DNA from: Verrucomicrobiota bacterium
Lineage (GTDB): Bacteria; Verrucomicrobiota; Verrucomicrobiia; Limisphaerales; SIBE01
NCBI GenBank assembly: GCA_021733945.1
Contig: JAIPJX010000008.1
Span: forward strand, 12,975-76,974
DNA length: 64,000 nt
Reading direction: 5' to 3'
In this document: in pieces, positions 33,315 to 44,000 of the stretch
Layout of the letters: every line of letters begins with the position of its first letter
How positions within the stretch are numbered: position 1 is the first letter of the stretch
Made by a program: the position numbers and the translations under genes
Notes under the pieces: model-generated
What the model was told of the DNA's origin: nothing
Seen by the model: only the letters and a program-made list of their open reading frames with translations
Database searches by the model: none

Positions 33315-34583
33315 ATGAATGAGATCAAGGTGACGAAACGGACAACCTGCCGACTTTGCGAAAGCCCTCGCTTGGAACTGGGAGCTTCACTGGCACCCAC
33401 GCCGGTGGCGGAAAAATACGTTGCGAGGGACGAGTTGGATCTTCCGACTCCGGCTCATCCGCTGGATCTGTTCATTTGCCTCGACTGCGGGCACGTACAG
33501 CTCCTTTACGTGGTGGATTCGGAATACCTCTTTGATAATTACACCTACGTCAGTGGCGGTACGAAGTCCCTCGTTCAACATTTCGATGAATGCGCTGCGG
33601 CAACCATCGAGCGTTTCAAGATTGGAACCGACAGCCTCATTGTTGACATTGGCAGCAATGACGGATCTTTGCTTCGGTGTTTCCAGAGGCGCGGGCTACG
33701 GGTGCTTGGAGTTGATCCGGCGAAGGAGATCGCCCGGAAAGCCACGGAAGCTGGGATTCCGACGTTCCCTGCCTTTCTGACGCAGGAGCTGGCTGGAAGG
33801 ATTCGTCGTGAGCATGGCCCGGCTTCTGTGGTCTGCGCATTCAACGTGTATGCCCATGCTGATGCGCTCGGCTTAATGACGGAGAGCATTCGGGAGTTGC
33901 TGTCGCCCACAGGCGTGTTCGTTTTTGAGTTCTCGTATTTGATGGATATCTTCGATCGCATGCTGCTTGGAACAATATTTCACGAGCATCTGAGCTACCA
34001 TTCCTTAAAACCAATGGATTTGTTCCTGAAGAGGCATGGTTTGGAATTGATCGATGTCCAGCGCAACCTGATTCAGGGCGGTTCCGTTATCGGGACTGCG
34101 CAATTCATCGGGGGGCCCCATTTGGAGGCCCCATCGGTGAAGGAATCGCTGCGACTTGAAGAAGCCCGGAACATCGACAAACCGGAGACTCTCAAAATGT
34201 TTGCGGCGAAACTGCAGCAGGTCAAAGGCGAACTGGGGGGGCTGATCGCAGATTTCAAGAATCAGGGAAAATCAGTCTGGGGATACGGTGCCGCGCGGAG
34301 CGGAACGACGCTCATCGCTCAGATGAATCTCGGGGGAATTATCAGTCACATCGTCGACGATAGCCCGGACAAGCAGGATATGTTCAGCCCGGGTGACCAT
34401 ATCCCGATCCTGCCGGCGCAAGCACTCACAGAGAAAATGCCCGACTACGTTTTCATCTTGGCCTGGATTCACGCACCAAGCATTATTAGGAATAATCGGG
34501 AATACCTCGCAAAGGGTGGACGCTTCATACTTTGCTTTCCTGAGATTCAGATCGTGGGAGAAGAAGAGACGGGTGATCAATGA
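33315..34583 (+). CDS. NDP-hexose C-methyltransferase-like enzyme (TylC3-type layout)
   Basis: ATG 33315. N-terminal zinc ribbon CRLCES...CLDCGH, SAM motif VDIGSNDGS, and a C-terminal extra domain as in sugar C-methyltransferases. Confidence 0.65.
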   Translation: MNEIKVTKRTTCRLCESPRLELGASLAPTPVAEKYVARDELDLPTPAHPLDLFICLDCGHVQLLYVVDSEYLFDNYTYVSGGTKSLVQHFDECAAATIERFKIGTDSLIVDIGSNDGSLLRCFQRRGLRVLGVDPAKEIARKATEAGIPTFPAFLTQELAGRIRREHGPASVVCAFNVYAHADALGLMTESIRELLSPTGVFVFEFSYLMDIFDRMLLGTIFHEHLSYHSLKPMDLFLKRHGLELIDVQRNLIQGGSVIGTAQFIGGPHLEAPSVKESLRLEEARNIDKPETLKMFAAKLQQVKGELGGLIADFKNQGKSVWGYGAARSGTTLIAQMNLGGIISHIVDDSPDKQDMFSPGDHIPILPAQALTEKMPDYVFILAWIHAPSIIRNNREYLAKGGRFILCFPEIQIVGEEETGDQ

Positions 34584-35734
34584 ATCGATGCCTCGTGTGC
34601 CAAGGGTCGCGTGTCCGTCAGTTGGTGGACTTTGGAACGCAACCAATCAGTCATCATTTTCTTGCCGGCAGCGGCACGGCACGACGCTATCCGTTGGCAT
34701 TGGGGCAGTGTGACGACTGCTGCCTTGTGCAGCTGTTGGGTGTGATCTCCGCTGAGGAGCTGGTTCCTCAATTTGACTGGATTCGGTACAACGAACCGGA
34801 GTTTCATCTCGACGCAATGGTTGACTCCCTCTGCCTGCGACTTCCCCCTGGAGCGACGATCTGCGGTTTGAGTCATAAGGATGATTCGACACTCCGTCGC
34901 TTTCGTGATCGAGGCTTTGAGAATACCCATCGCCTCGATTTGGGAATTGCCGATCCGCGGGCAGGAGTGGAGACGATACAGGACAGATTAAGACCTGAGA
35001 ATCTTGACCTGCGGGAGCCCGTGGATCTTGTGGTTGCTCGCCATATCCTTGAGCATTCGCATAATCCTCTCGTATTTATGGGGGCATTGCGGAAGCTCAT
35101 CAAACCATCCGGGTATGTTGCAGTGGAGATACCCGACACCAGATTGCCGTTTGACCTGCTCGATTACACCGTTCTCTGGGAGGATCACAGTCTCTATTTC
35201 TCTGAGTCCACGCTTCGGGAGACTTTGAAGGTGGGCGGTTTTCAATGCGTCGCGGTCACCAGCTATTCCGCACGGTATGAGACTGCCGTCGTCGCAGTTG
35301 TCCGGCCTGGAGAAGGAGGGGGGTGGCTCTCAATGGATGGCGAGCGCGAGCGGGCAAATCGATTTGCGCAGGCCTACCCTAGGAGACGGAACGAGTGGCG
35401 TGAGCTCCTGACGAATCGTGGAAGAGTTGCGCTGTTTGGGGCGGGGCATCATGCATCCGTATTTACGAATCTGATGGGGGTCGCTGATCTGATCGAATTT
35501 ATTGTGGATGATTCGCCCAATAAATGTGGTTTGAGAATGCCTGGAACCGAACTTCCGATTGTCGGTTCGGAACGTTTGAGCGACATCGAAATGTGCCTCA
35601 GCAGTCTTGGTGATGGCAGTGAAAGGGCGGTTTTGGCACAGCTTCAGCCGTTTATTAGACGTGGCGGGATCTTCGCCTCGATTTTCCCGAGCAATCCCAA
35701 TTCTCCATTCACACTGATCGGAGGGGAACTGTGA
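34580..35734 (+). CDS. second, divergent C-methyltransferase-like enzyme
   Basis: 384 aa. CLVCQG...CDDCCL zinc ribbon, MT core, same three-part layout. ATGA overlap with the previous gene. Confidence 0.55.
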   Translation: MNRCLVCQGSRVRQLVDFGTQPISHHFLAGSGTARRYPLALGQCDDCCLVQLLGVISAEELVPQFDWIRYNEPEFHLDAMVDSLCLRLPPGATICGLSHKDDSTLRRFRDRGFENTHRLDLGIADPRAGVETIQDRLRPENLDLREPVDLVVARHILEHSHNPLVFMGALRKLIKPSGYVAVEIPDTRLPFDLLDYTVLWEDHSLYFSESTLRETLKVGGFQCVAVTSYSARYETAVVAVVRPGEGGGWLSMDGERERANRFAQAYPRRRNEWRELLTNRGRVALFGAGHHASVFTNLMGVADLIEFIVDDSPNKCGLRMPGTELPIVGSERLSDIEMCLSSLGDGSERAVLAQLQPFIRRGGIFASIFPSNPNSPFTLIGGEL

Positions 35735-36237
35735 AATCGGTCAACCCCGAGGTCTTTGTTTCGGAGGACCGTATTGTCACCGTTGGAGCCGCTCAACTCG
35801 AGACATTAAAGAAACAGGCTGCAAGGAACGCTCGAAGGCGTTGCAGGTTGTGCGCGCACAAGACTCCGCAGGATCGTCTCCACGAAATGTTTATCGTGTT
35901 GGCCCGGGGTATTTATATCCGACCCCATAAACATATTGGAAAGACAGAGTCCTTCCATGTCATTGAAGGGGCCGCTGATATTATCTTCTTCGACGACGTC
36001 GGTGGGATAGAAGAGGTTCTGCGTGTGGATTCTGCGGGAATCTTCTACTTTCGGAATGACGAGCCCCGTTTTCATACGCAGATCGTCATCACCGAATTTT
36101 TGGTCGTACACGAAATCACGAACGGCCCGTTTGATCGAACCGACACGGTTGGAGCGACCTGGGCTCCAGACGAATCCGATGTTGCGGCCGGAGCCGCCTA
36201 TTTGGAGTGTTTGAAACGCGATGTCGCACCGGTCTAG
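35731..36237 (+). CDS. WbuC-type cupin-fold protein
   Basis: 168 aa. ...CRLCAHKTPQDRLHEMFIVLARGIYIRPHKHIGKTESFHVIEG... Confidence 0.6.
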   Translation: MKSVNPEVFVSEDRIVTVGAAQLETLKKQAARNARRRCRLCAHKTPQDRLHEMFIVLARGIYIRPHKHIGKTESFHVIEGAADIIFFDDVGGIEEVLRVDSAGIFYFRNDEPRFHTQIVITEFLVVHEITNGPFDRTDTVGATWAPDESDVAAGAAYLECLKRDVAPV

Positions 36238-37090
36238 TTTAAGGTTTCTCGTGGTGGGCGCATCCGGGTTTATTGGATGCCATCTCATGCACCACATCCG
36301 TTCACGAGGTTTTGATGCCTTCGGGACTTCGTCGGCGACGATGAACCTGCTGACGGACCGGATTGCGGATGTTATCGGGGATTTCCGGCCGACTCATACA
36401 ATCATCGCCGCAGTTATCAGTAACATGGATCGCTGTCTTGCGGAGAGGGAGATGAGTTACAGAGTCAATGTCACAAACACGATACGCCTGATAGAGGATG
36501 TCAGAAGCATGGGCAGTCGACCGGTGTTTCTCTCAACCAATTTTGTCTTTGACGGTTCGGTTGGGTGTTACAATGAGGAAGCCCCCATATCTCCGGTCAA
36601 TGAATACGGCCGGCACAAGGCGGAAGTGGAGGGATACCTTCGAGCCAATGTTCCAGAAGGTTTGGTGACGCGGCTCTCCACGAATGTTGGAGACAATCCG
36701 GGGGAAGCGCATTTGTTTTCACAATGGTATCAATTACTGATCGAAAACAAGCCGATTGTCTGCATTGACGGCGCAATGATTTCCCCGACTTATGTTGAAG
36801 ATGTAGCGCATGCGCTTGTGACCTGCTGTGAGCGAAAGATAACGGGATTGTTTCATCTGGCTAACACAGAGAGTTTTTACAGGAATGATTTAGCTCTAAA
36901 GTTTTGCGATGCGTTCGGCAAGAAAGCGAATATCATTCGCAAGCCGCTAAGGGAATTTGGTTTCCTCGATAACCGTGCATTGAAGGCGGATCTGGACAGT
37001 TCCAAATTTGTTCACACGACAGGATTGAGCTTCACTCCAATGGGGGAAGTAATTCGAAGATTCATTGAAAACGTCCGGTTGAACCAGTGA
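36221..37090 (+). CDS. RmlD-like NDP-4-keto-sugar reductase (SDR)
   Basis: 289 aa. VVGASGFIG Rossmann, YGRHK. 17-nt overlap with the cupin gene. Confidence 0.65.
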   Translation: MSHRSSLRFLVVGASGFIGCHLMHHIRSRGFDAFGTSSATMNLLTDRIADVIGDFRPTHTIIAAVISNMDRCLAEREMSYRVNVTNTIRLIEDVRSMGSRPVFLSTNFVFDGSVGCYNEEAPISPVNEYGRHKAEVEGYLRANVPEGLVTRLSTNVGDNPGEAHLFSQWYQLLIENKPIVCIDGAMISPTYVEDVAHALVTCCERKITGLFHLANTESFYRNDLALKFCDAFGKKANIIRKPLREFGFLDNRALKADLDSSKFVHTTGLSFTPMGEVIRRFIENVRLNQ

Positions 37091-37216
37091 TTTATTGAAT
37101 TTTGTGGCCTGAATCCCACGAAGCCATGGATGTCACCGGATCTTTCGTGGTTCTCGATTCGTCCATGCCGGGGTGATCGGCTTGACGGGGCCCGTGTGGT
37201 TCGAATACAAAAAACT

Positions 37217-37924
37217 ATGCCTGATGTGTTGATTACGGGAACAAGCAGCGGTTTGGGCTTGGAATTCGTCCGATCCATGGCGGCCGAGGGTTGGAGGATC
37301 ATTGCAACCTGCCGAAATCCTTCGGACGCCCTTGCGCTCAAGGGAGTTGGTGGAGACATTCGAATTCGCCCGATGGATGTTTCAAGGACGGAACAGATCA
37401 GGGCCGTTGCAGGTGAATTTTCCGGTGTTCCTTTGGATATGGTGATCAACAATGCCGGAACCCATGGCCCACGGGATGCCAGTGGGACTTTTGGCGACAT
37501 AGATGTCGAAGCGTGGATCGAGGTTCTTCGGGTCAATGCGATCGGGCCAGCGAAGGTTGCCGAGGCGTTTCTTCCGAACATCCGACTTGGTCGGATGAAG
37601 AAACTCGTCTTCGTGACAAGTCGTGCCGGGAGTATTTCGGAACGGGGTAGCCTGCCTCACATGAGGCGCGGCGGACCTTATATTTACCGGACAAGCAAGG
37701 CTGCCGCGAACGCCGCCGCTAAAGCAATCGCGTACGATCTGCAACCGGAGGGAATCAGCGTTGTGGTTTTGCATCCGGGGTGGGTGAAGACGGAGACCGG
37801 TGGGTGGGATGCGCCCGGTGACCCGGCCATCAGTGTTGCTGGAATGCGAAAGGTAATCGATTCAGCCTCGCCCGCGGACAACGGAATTTTTCGAAATGTG
37901 GACGGAGCCCCGATTCCATGGTGA
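37217..37924 (+). CDS. classical short-chain dehydrogenase/reductase
   Basis: ATG 37217. TGTSSGLG and YRTSK motifs. Confidence 0.75.
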   Translation: MPDVLITGTSSGLGLEFVRSMAAEGWRIIATCRNPSDALALKGVGGDIRIRPMDVSRTEQIRAVAGEFSGVPLDMVINNAGTHGPRDASGTFGDIDVEAWIEVLRVNAIGPAKVAEAFLPNIRLGRMKKLVFVTSRAGSISERGSLPHMRRGGPYIYRTSKAAANAAAKAIAYDLQPEGISVVVLHPGWVKTETGGWDAPGDPAISVAGMRKVIDSASPADNGIFRNVDGAPIPW

Positions 37925-38134
37925 CGACAAAACCGGGGTTATGATGATAGGTGCCGATAAGTGACAAAATTCAAGAATTTAGGAGCAATCCTCTGTGTGA
38001 GTTCTCGTGTTCGGAGACATGGTGCGAAACCGTTGCTCGCGCAGGCCGATGGACATGCAGCCGGCGGGGCGATCAGCTCCTGCCTGGCTCTGCGAACGTG
38101 TCGATGGGGCTCATGCTTTGGACGGAAAAACCGA

Positions 38135-38196
38135 CCCTCTTCTAAGAGGGGATGGATGCCTGATGCATCCTTGCACCGGGGCGGCGAGCCCGCCCC
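38135..38196 (+). other. three adjacent stem-loops in a 372-nt non-coding gap
   Basis: CCCTCT-tcta-AGAGGG (38135-38150), GGATGC-ctgat-GCATCC (38154-38170), GGGGCGG-cgagc-CCGCCCC (38178-38196). None is followed by a T-run. Confidence 0.4.
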
Positions 38197-38296
38197 AATC
38201 GACGTGAGGGCGGAAGCAGTCGAAAACACGGAGGATTGGCATAACTCGATATTGCAGGCAGGTTTCCGAGATTGAGGCGCTTTGGGTTGATTAAGT

Positions 38297-39559
38297 ATGG
38301 AAAAGAATTCCCAGTTTTCGCATGGTCTGTTTACCGAGGTTGAGTGGGCGCAGACGCCAGAGGCGATTAGACGATTTGTTCAAGGATTGACGGATATGGC
38401 GAGGTTTTCCCAGATGGAAGCTGAAGTCTTTCGTCAGGAAGCCGTAAAAATGGCAACTGTTGCGTCGCGACGGAGTCGGGTTCCGGAGGAAGTGGTTTTC
38501 GTGGCCGATCGTCCCGGAATGAGGGTGAACAAGTTCGCATACGGTTTGAAACAGATCGGCTGGCGGGTGATCCTTCTGCACAGGGAGGCTCCAGATTTCG
38601 ATCCTTCCCAGCACTTTGTCGGTGTGCATCGGTACGCGAATCAATGGCAAGCGCTCGCAATCGCTTCGAGCTATTCCCCAGCGGCGTATCATTTGTTTTC
38701 AAGTTGGAATTTCGAGGTTGCCTCCACATTCATTCAGTGCAAACCAGGAAAAATTGTTTTTGAAACCTGGGACCTGGCGAATGGAATGCTCAAGGAAGAT
38801 TTTGCGGCCGGGATGAAAGAGGGCATAAAACTGGAACGGTTCTGTCTTGAAAATGCAGATGGAGTAAGTTGTCGCGGTTTGCATACTCAGTATTTGAAGC
38901 GAAACGAGGGATTCAAATTTCGGAAGAGGATCCTGTTTCCAGACTATTGCTGGGCAAAACCGAGGCAAGGAATGACTCAGGAAAAGATGTCGGACGGGAT
39001 CCACGCGGTTTATCTGGGCAATTTGCAGATGGACCCCAATCATCCTGCCGGCTTTACGTATCGTTTGGCGGAGCAGTTGAGCAGAAACGGAGTGCACTTT
39101 CACATTTATCCGTCCTTCCCGAATCAGGCGACTCAGCTCCGCACGGTCATGACCGAGTATTTCAAGGGAGCATCGGTTCCTGAACTTGTCCATATTCACG
39201 AGAAGGTTCCGTCTGACAGATTGACGGAGGAATTATCGAAATACCATTTTGGGATTTTTGTCTCGTCGCAGACAGAAGGTCTCCGGACTGACAACGATGC
39301 CTACCATCCGCGTTTCAATGAATACGTGACGGCGAACAAGGTGTTCGACTACATTGACGCAGGCCTGTTTGTGCTGGCCCAGAATGGGCGCTGGCTGCGG
39401 CGTGTCATCGGTCAGTATGGGAATGGGAAGACAGTGAAAACCATGGAGGATATTGTGCATCTTTGTAAAACCGAGCCGCTGAGGCACATTCCCGTTCCGA
39501 GGGGATATACCCTCCAGGCGAATGTGTCCCGTTTGGCGAGTTTTTATTCCTCTCTCTAG
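38297..39559 (+). CDS. hypothetical protein, possibly a GT-B-fold glycosyltransferase
   Basis: 420 aa, codon-plausible ORF. Rossmann-like VVFVADRPGMRVNKFAYGLKQIGWRVILLH. No canonical GT motif that I can name. Confidence 0.35.
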   Translation: MEKNSQFSHGLFTEVEWAQTPEAIRRFVQGLTDMARFSQMEAEVFRQEAVKMATVASRRSRVPEEVVFVADRPGMRVNKFAYGLKQIGWRVILLHREAPDFDPSQHFVGVHRYANQWQALAIASSYSPAAYHLFSSWNFEVASTFIQCKPGKIVFETWDLANGMLKEDFAAGMKEGIKLERFCLENADGVSCRGLHTQYLKRNEGFKFRKRILFPDYCWAKPRQGMTQEKMSDGIHAVYLGNLQMDPNHPAGFTYRLAEQLSRNGVHFHIYPSFPNQATQLRTVMTEYFKGASVPELVHIHEKVPSDRLTEELSKYHFGIFVSSQTEGLRTDNDAYHPRFNEYVTANKVFDYIDAGLFVLAQNGRWLRRVIGQYGNGKTVKTMEDIVHLCKTEPLRHIPVPRGYTLQANVSRLASFYSSL

Positions 39560-39772
39560 CGAAGCGGTTCGGTGTGATTCTGTTTTACAACGAAAGACGA
39601 ACGGGTTCCTCCAAAATGACCCAACCGGAGGGAAGAATCGGTTCGAATATCGGAGCAACTGGACCTCCTGCGAGCTCGATCCTCGATCGATTGGCGCTTC
39701 GGAAGCGTTGCCCCTCTCGCAAAGCGGTGGGGTCCGCCAGAAAAATGACTTAGGAACGAGTTACCGACGATC

Positions 39773-40855
39773 ATGAGCGAGAATACAGATTTGTTGATTC
39801 ACATTGGGCAACCCAAGACGGGTACGACGACGCTGCAGAGCTTTTTCAAGCTCAATGCAAGCTTTCTGAAAAAAAACGGAGTTTGTTTTCATCTCCTCGA
39901 TGAAAACCACGATCGCACCTATATCGAAGCGGCCCTGCGAAGGGAAATGTATGGAAAGGATGGGGTTGACCGGGTCACGGCGTTGATCTCGAAGATCGCA
40001 GCGCGAAGAGGTTGCACGCATGTGCTAAGCGACGAGGCTCTGTTCATTGCGCCGAGACTCGCTGGAACGGTTCGTGACATCGTCGCAGGGGTATCTCCGA
40101 CAATGTCTGTCAAAGTTGTCGTCTACCTGAGAAGGCAGGATCAGTGGTTGAGTTCGCTTCACGCAGCAAACATCAAAAACCCGCATGTGTATACGACCGA
40201 AGTGCACGGCCGGAGACTCAGTCAGATTCTGACCGACTTCGAGCTCTTTTCAATACCGGAGATTCCGCTGGACTACTATCATATCATTGAGGAATGGAGT
40301 CGCGCATTTGGGGCCGAGAATCTCATTGTCAGAGTGTACGAAAAGGAACAGCTGAACGGTGACATTATTGAGGATTTTCTGCGAAACGTTTTAAAATTAA
40401 CGCTGACCGGGGAATGTTCAGTGCCGGGGAACCAGAACATCAGCCTGCCTGAAGTCTGTACCGAAATCCTCCGGATCTGCAATGACAGCGGTTATTTTAA
40501 AAAAACAGAGGATATGCGTCAGAATCAGGAGCTTTTTGCGCGAATAGTCCTGCCGAGACACAGGGAAAGCCGAATATTTGATCTGACCCCTGTTCAGCGA
40601 CGAAGAATTCTCGAGAAGTGCGCCCAATCGAATGCAGCGATTGCGAGAAAGTACCTGCATCGGGATGACGGAATTTTGTTCCATGAGCCAGTTGGGGAAG
40701 CGCGTGATGCCAAGGGCAACTCGGAGCTGAAAATTGAGGACATTGTGCAGCCCCTTGTATTCGCGCTAGGGCAGCAGCGGAATGAGATCGAGGCGATCAA
40801 ACGGCAGTTGTTCGAAATCATAAGGTTTTTGCAGGCCCAGACACGAACTCCATGA
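39773..40855 (+). CDS. sulfotransferase-like protein
   Basis: 360 aa. 5'-PSB-like IHIGQPKTGTTTLQSFF and 3'-PB-like VVYLRRQDQWLSS. Confidence 0.5.
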   Translation: MSENTDLLIHIGQPKTGTTTLQSFFKLNASFLKKNGVCFHLLDENHDRTYIEAALRREMYGKDGVDRVTALISKIAARRGCTHVLSDEALFIAPRLAGTVRDIVAGVSPTMSVKVVVYLRRQDQWLSSLHAANIKNPHVYTTEVHGRRLSQILTDFELFSIPEIPLDYYHIIEEWSRAFGAENLIVRVYEKEQLNGDIIEDFLRNVLKLTLTGECSVPGNQNISLPEVCTEILRICNDSGYFKKTEDMRQNQELFARIVLPRHRESRIFDLTPVQRRRILEKCAQSNAAIARKYLHRDDGILFHEPVGEARDAKGNSELKIEDIVQPLVFALGQQRNEIEAIKRQLFEIIRFLQAQTRTP

Positions 40856-41048
40856 TATCCGGTATGATAATTCAGTCCGTGACGAGCGCAGCCAGGCAGC
40901 ACTCGCGTTTGAGCAGGGTGAGATTGGTTAAGGCGCGACGGGATTCGCCGACAATGCGATGGGCGGGTCGGTACCCTCGTGCTGGACGTGACCATATGGT
41001 GCGTTGCGAACCCATGTATTGATATAGAATCGGAAAGGCTAATTTTTC

Positions 41049-44000
41049 GTGAAAACACCAACAACGGACAACAAGCCAGCGATCTCCCGAATCGCTGGAA
41101 ACAAAGCGCCTCGCTTCAGCTTTGTGACGATCGTGCTCAATGGAATGCCATTTATCGAGCACGCACTCAAGGCCGTGTACGCATTCGCTCATGAGATTAT
41201 TGTAATCGAAGGGGCTGTTGAGAATTGTCAGTTCGCTGCAAATTCTGACGGTAGCTCGCGGGACGGAACCGTGGACTGCATACGGAATATGCCGGATCCA
41301 AGCGGCAAGATTCGGCTGCTGCAGGGTAAATGGCCGGAAAAATGCGAAATGCAGAATGCCGCTCTGGCGCATGTTACCGGCGATTACGTGTGGTTGATGG
41401 ATTCCGATGAAATATACCGGAGCGAAGATTTGGAAAAGATCCGCGAAATGATTCAAGCGGATCCTTCGATCACACAAGTGAATTTTATTCCGGACAATTT
41501 CTGGAGGGGGTTTGATTACATTTTTATTTCGTCCGAATTCTTCAAAGCTCCCCACCATTATCGAAGGTTGTTTCAATTCAAACCGGGAGCGCGGTTTTTG
41601 ACCCACCGTCCACCGACGATGCTTCTTCCTGGTGCGGACCGGTCTACCGAGCAAATGAAATGTGTGGGAGGTGATATTACTCGAGCGATGGGAGTGATTC
41701 CTTACCATTACAGTTATGTTCTCGAGAGTCAGGTGAAGCAGAAGATCGAACTTTACAATCGATACGGCTGGGGGGCGATGTGGGGCGTTGATATGAACCT
41801 TTGGTTGAATGAAGGGTTCCTTCAGTGGACCCCGGAGAATCGACGAGAGCTCGAGAAGAGGTATCCACCTTGGACAGGTGACAGGGGGTCCTTCACAGTT
41901 CCTTTCACAAAAGAACACCCGGAGGTGATGAAGGATTTTATTGCCGAATTTCGCGGCAAGGCTGAAAAGCGAACAGTTTTTCGAATACCGGATGAAGACT
42001 TGTTGATGCCTGTGATCGGAGACCCTTACTATTTGGAGAGGGTTCTGGAGGCCTGGAATCATATTGAATTGGACGCTCCTTTGCGGGGGCGTCAATCCAC
42101 CATTCGGAAGCATTTGACCAAAGGGACTTCCTTTTGGAACGTTCATGTGGGAATTGCGTTTCTTGCGAGCAGGCTCAAACCGCGGCGTTATCTCGAGATC
42201 GGTGTGCGGACTGGCGGGTCATTCGTTCAGGCCCTCTATAATGCTCCAATTGAGGAGGCAGTGGCAGTCGATATGTGGGCCGGCTCGTATTCGGGTCTCC
42301 CGAATACCAAGGATTATACGGTTTCTCAAATCGATCGGTTCCAAACGGAAGTGCGAAGGATTCCCGAGATAAAATATATTCACGGAAACAGTCATGTTGA
42401 GCTCAAGAAGCTGATTGAGGCGAAGTGCAGATTTGATCTGATCAATGTGGATGGGGACCATACGGAAGCTGGGGCGATTGAGGATTTGGAGGACGCTGTG
42501 CGACTTTTGAATCCTCGTGGCGCGATTGTGTTCGATGATGTGATCCATGTTTCGTTTCGCTTTCTTTTGGATGTAGCCAAACAGTTCGTCGAACGTCATC
42601 CTGAATTCACGCTCCTTTTAAATACCAGCCAGGATAACGGAACGGCCCTTTTTGTTCGTGGCCTGGCATTGGAGGAAATTCTTGCACCCCGGGAGGCGGT
42701 TCGGAAGCGCCCGAAGATTGCCGGCGAGGTGAAATCGGATCACGATCTGACCGCCGTTGGCAGCGAATCGGAGTTCAGCCGGAGTATTGGTCAACTCTTT
42801 GAGAAGATCAGGCCGCAGAAACTGATTGAAACCGGCACTTATTTGGGTACAGGAACCACCCGGACCATTGGGAATGCACTGAAGGAATTGGGGTGTGATG
42901 GCGCGGTCTTCTTTTCGATCGAAGTGAACCCGCGACATTTGAGCCAGGCATACGCCAATCTCGAGGCGGATGGATTGATGTCGAGGGTCCGGCTGTGCCA
43001 CGGTTTGTCAGTACCCCGTTCGATTCTGCCGAGTATTGAGGAGATTGAGGCGGCGACCGTAAGAAACATACAATCGGAGGAGATTTTTGTTGATCATCAG
43101 GAACATGAACGCGCGGCCCTTTATTACAGGGAAACGTGTTTTGAGGGGGTGCCTGATGATCTTTTGGGTAGATGCCTTGGGGAATTCAATTGCAGGCCTG
43201 ATTTTGTCATTCTTGACAGCGGAGGGCATTTGGGAAATGTGGAATTCAACTACCTGATCGAACGTCTTCAGGGCGAGTGTCATATCGCTTTGGATGACAT
43301 CTACCACATCAAACACAACCGAAGCTATTTGCAGATTCTGAATGATCCAAGATTCGAATTGGTTGTGTCTTCGAAGGAAAAGTTTGGGTTTTGCATTGCA
43401 AAATTCAGCCCCAAAGTCCAGGCGGAACCTAGGGTTCAGAGCGTGTTCTGGGTAAGACCCGATTCGATTGGGGACGCTGTTCTGTCGCTTTCTCAGCTTC
43501 CCTATATACGGGGCAAATACCCCGATGCCAGGATTGTCGTGTTGTGCCAGGAGCACGTCGCCGAGCTCTATGAGGCGAGTCCGTATGTGGACGCGATCGA
43601 GACGATCCGACAAGCGGACGCCCTCTCCAACAAGGAGTATCAAGCGCGTCTGGTTCAGCGAGTTCGAGCCGTTCAGGCTGATGTCTGCCTGAATCCGGTT
43701 TATTCCCGTGACCCGCTAAGCGATTTTCTTGCACTCAACTCGAACGCTCCGACCCGCGTTGCCTTTGAAGGGGGTGTTGAGAACATGATGCCCGAGGTGC
43801 GAGATCACCATAACCGACACTATACGAAACTGATTCCGAACAGGTCCAAATGGAAGGGTGAGTTGGAGAGGAATCGTGATTTTCTTCAGGGCATCGGAAT
43901 TGAGGTTTCCGAATTGGGTGCATTGATCTGGCTGAACAACGAAGATCTTGAATTTGCAGAGGATGTATTCAGAGCGAATCAACTGGATCCGAACAGAACG

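Noticed and set aside
25997-37216. Upstream alternative starts of track ORFs 25997, 31491, 33189 and 37130 (also 316 for flgB and 10613 for flgD).
   Set aside because: The extensions overlap the preceding gene or add non-homologous sequence ahead of the N-terminal Rossmann or zinc-ribbon motif. Internal ATGs at 26111, 31602, 33315, 37217, 364 and 10694 fit better.
37953-37960. Perfect sigma-28 -10 box GCCGATAA in the 372-nt gap.
   Set aside because: No TAAA-type -35 at the required 15-nt spacing (CGGG occupies that position), so it is insufficient on its own.
37951-38275. Track ORFs 37951..38145, 37961..38275, 38007..38207 and minus 37939..38229 in the gap.
   Set aside because: Mutually overlapping short ORFs with Arg/Cys/Gly-rich translations and no start context. 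The region is better explained as structured non-coding sequence.
40872-42146. 424-aa minus-strand ORF opposite the start of the 1392-aa gene.
   Set aside because: Antisense to a well-supported GT2/methyltransferase frame, with no motif content.
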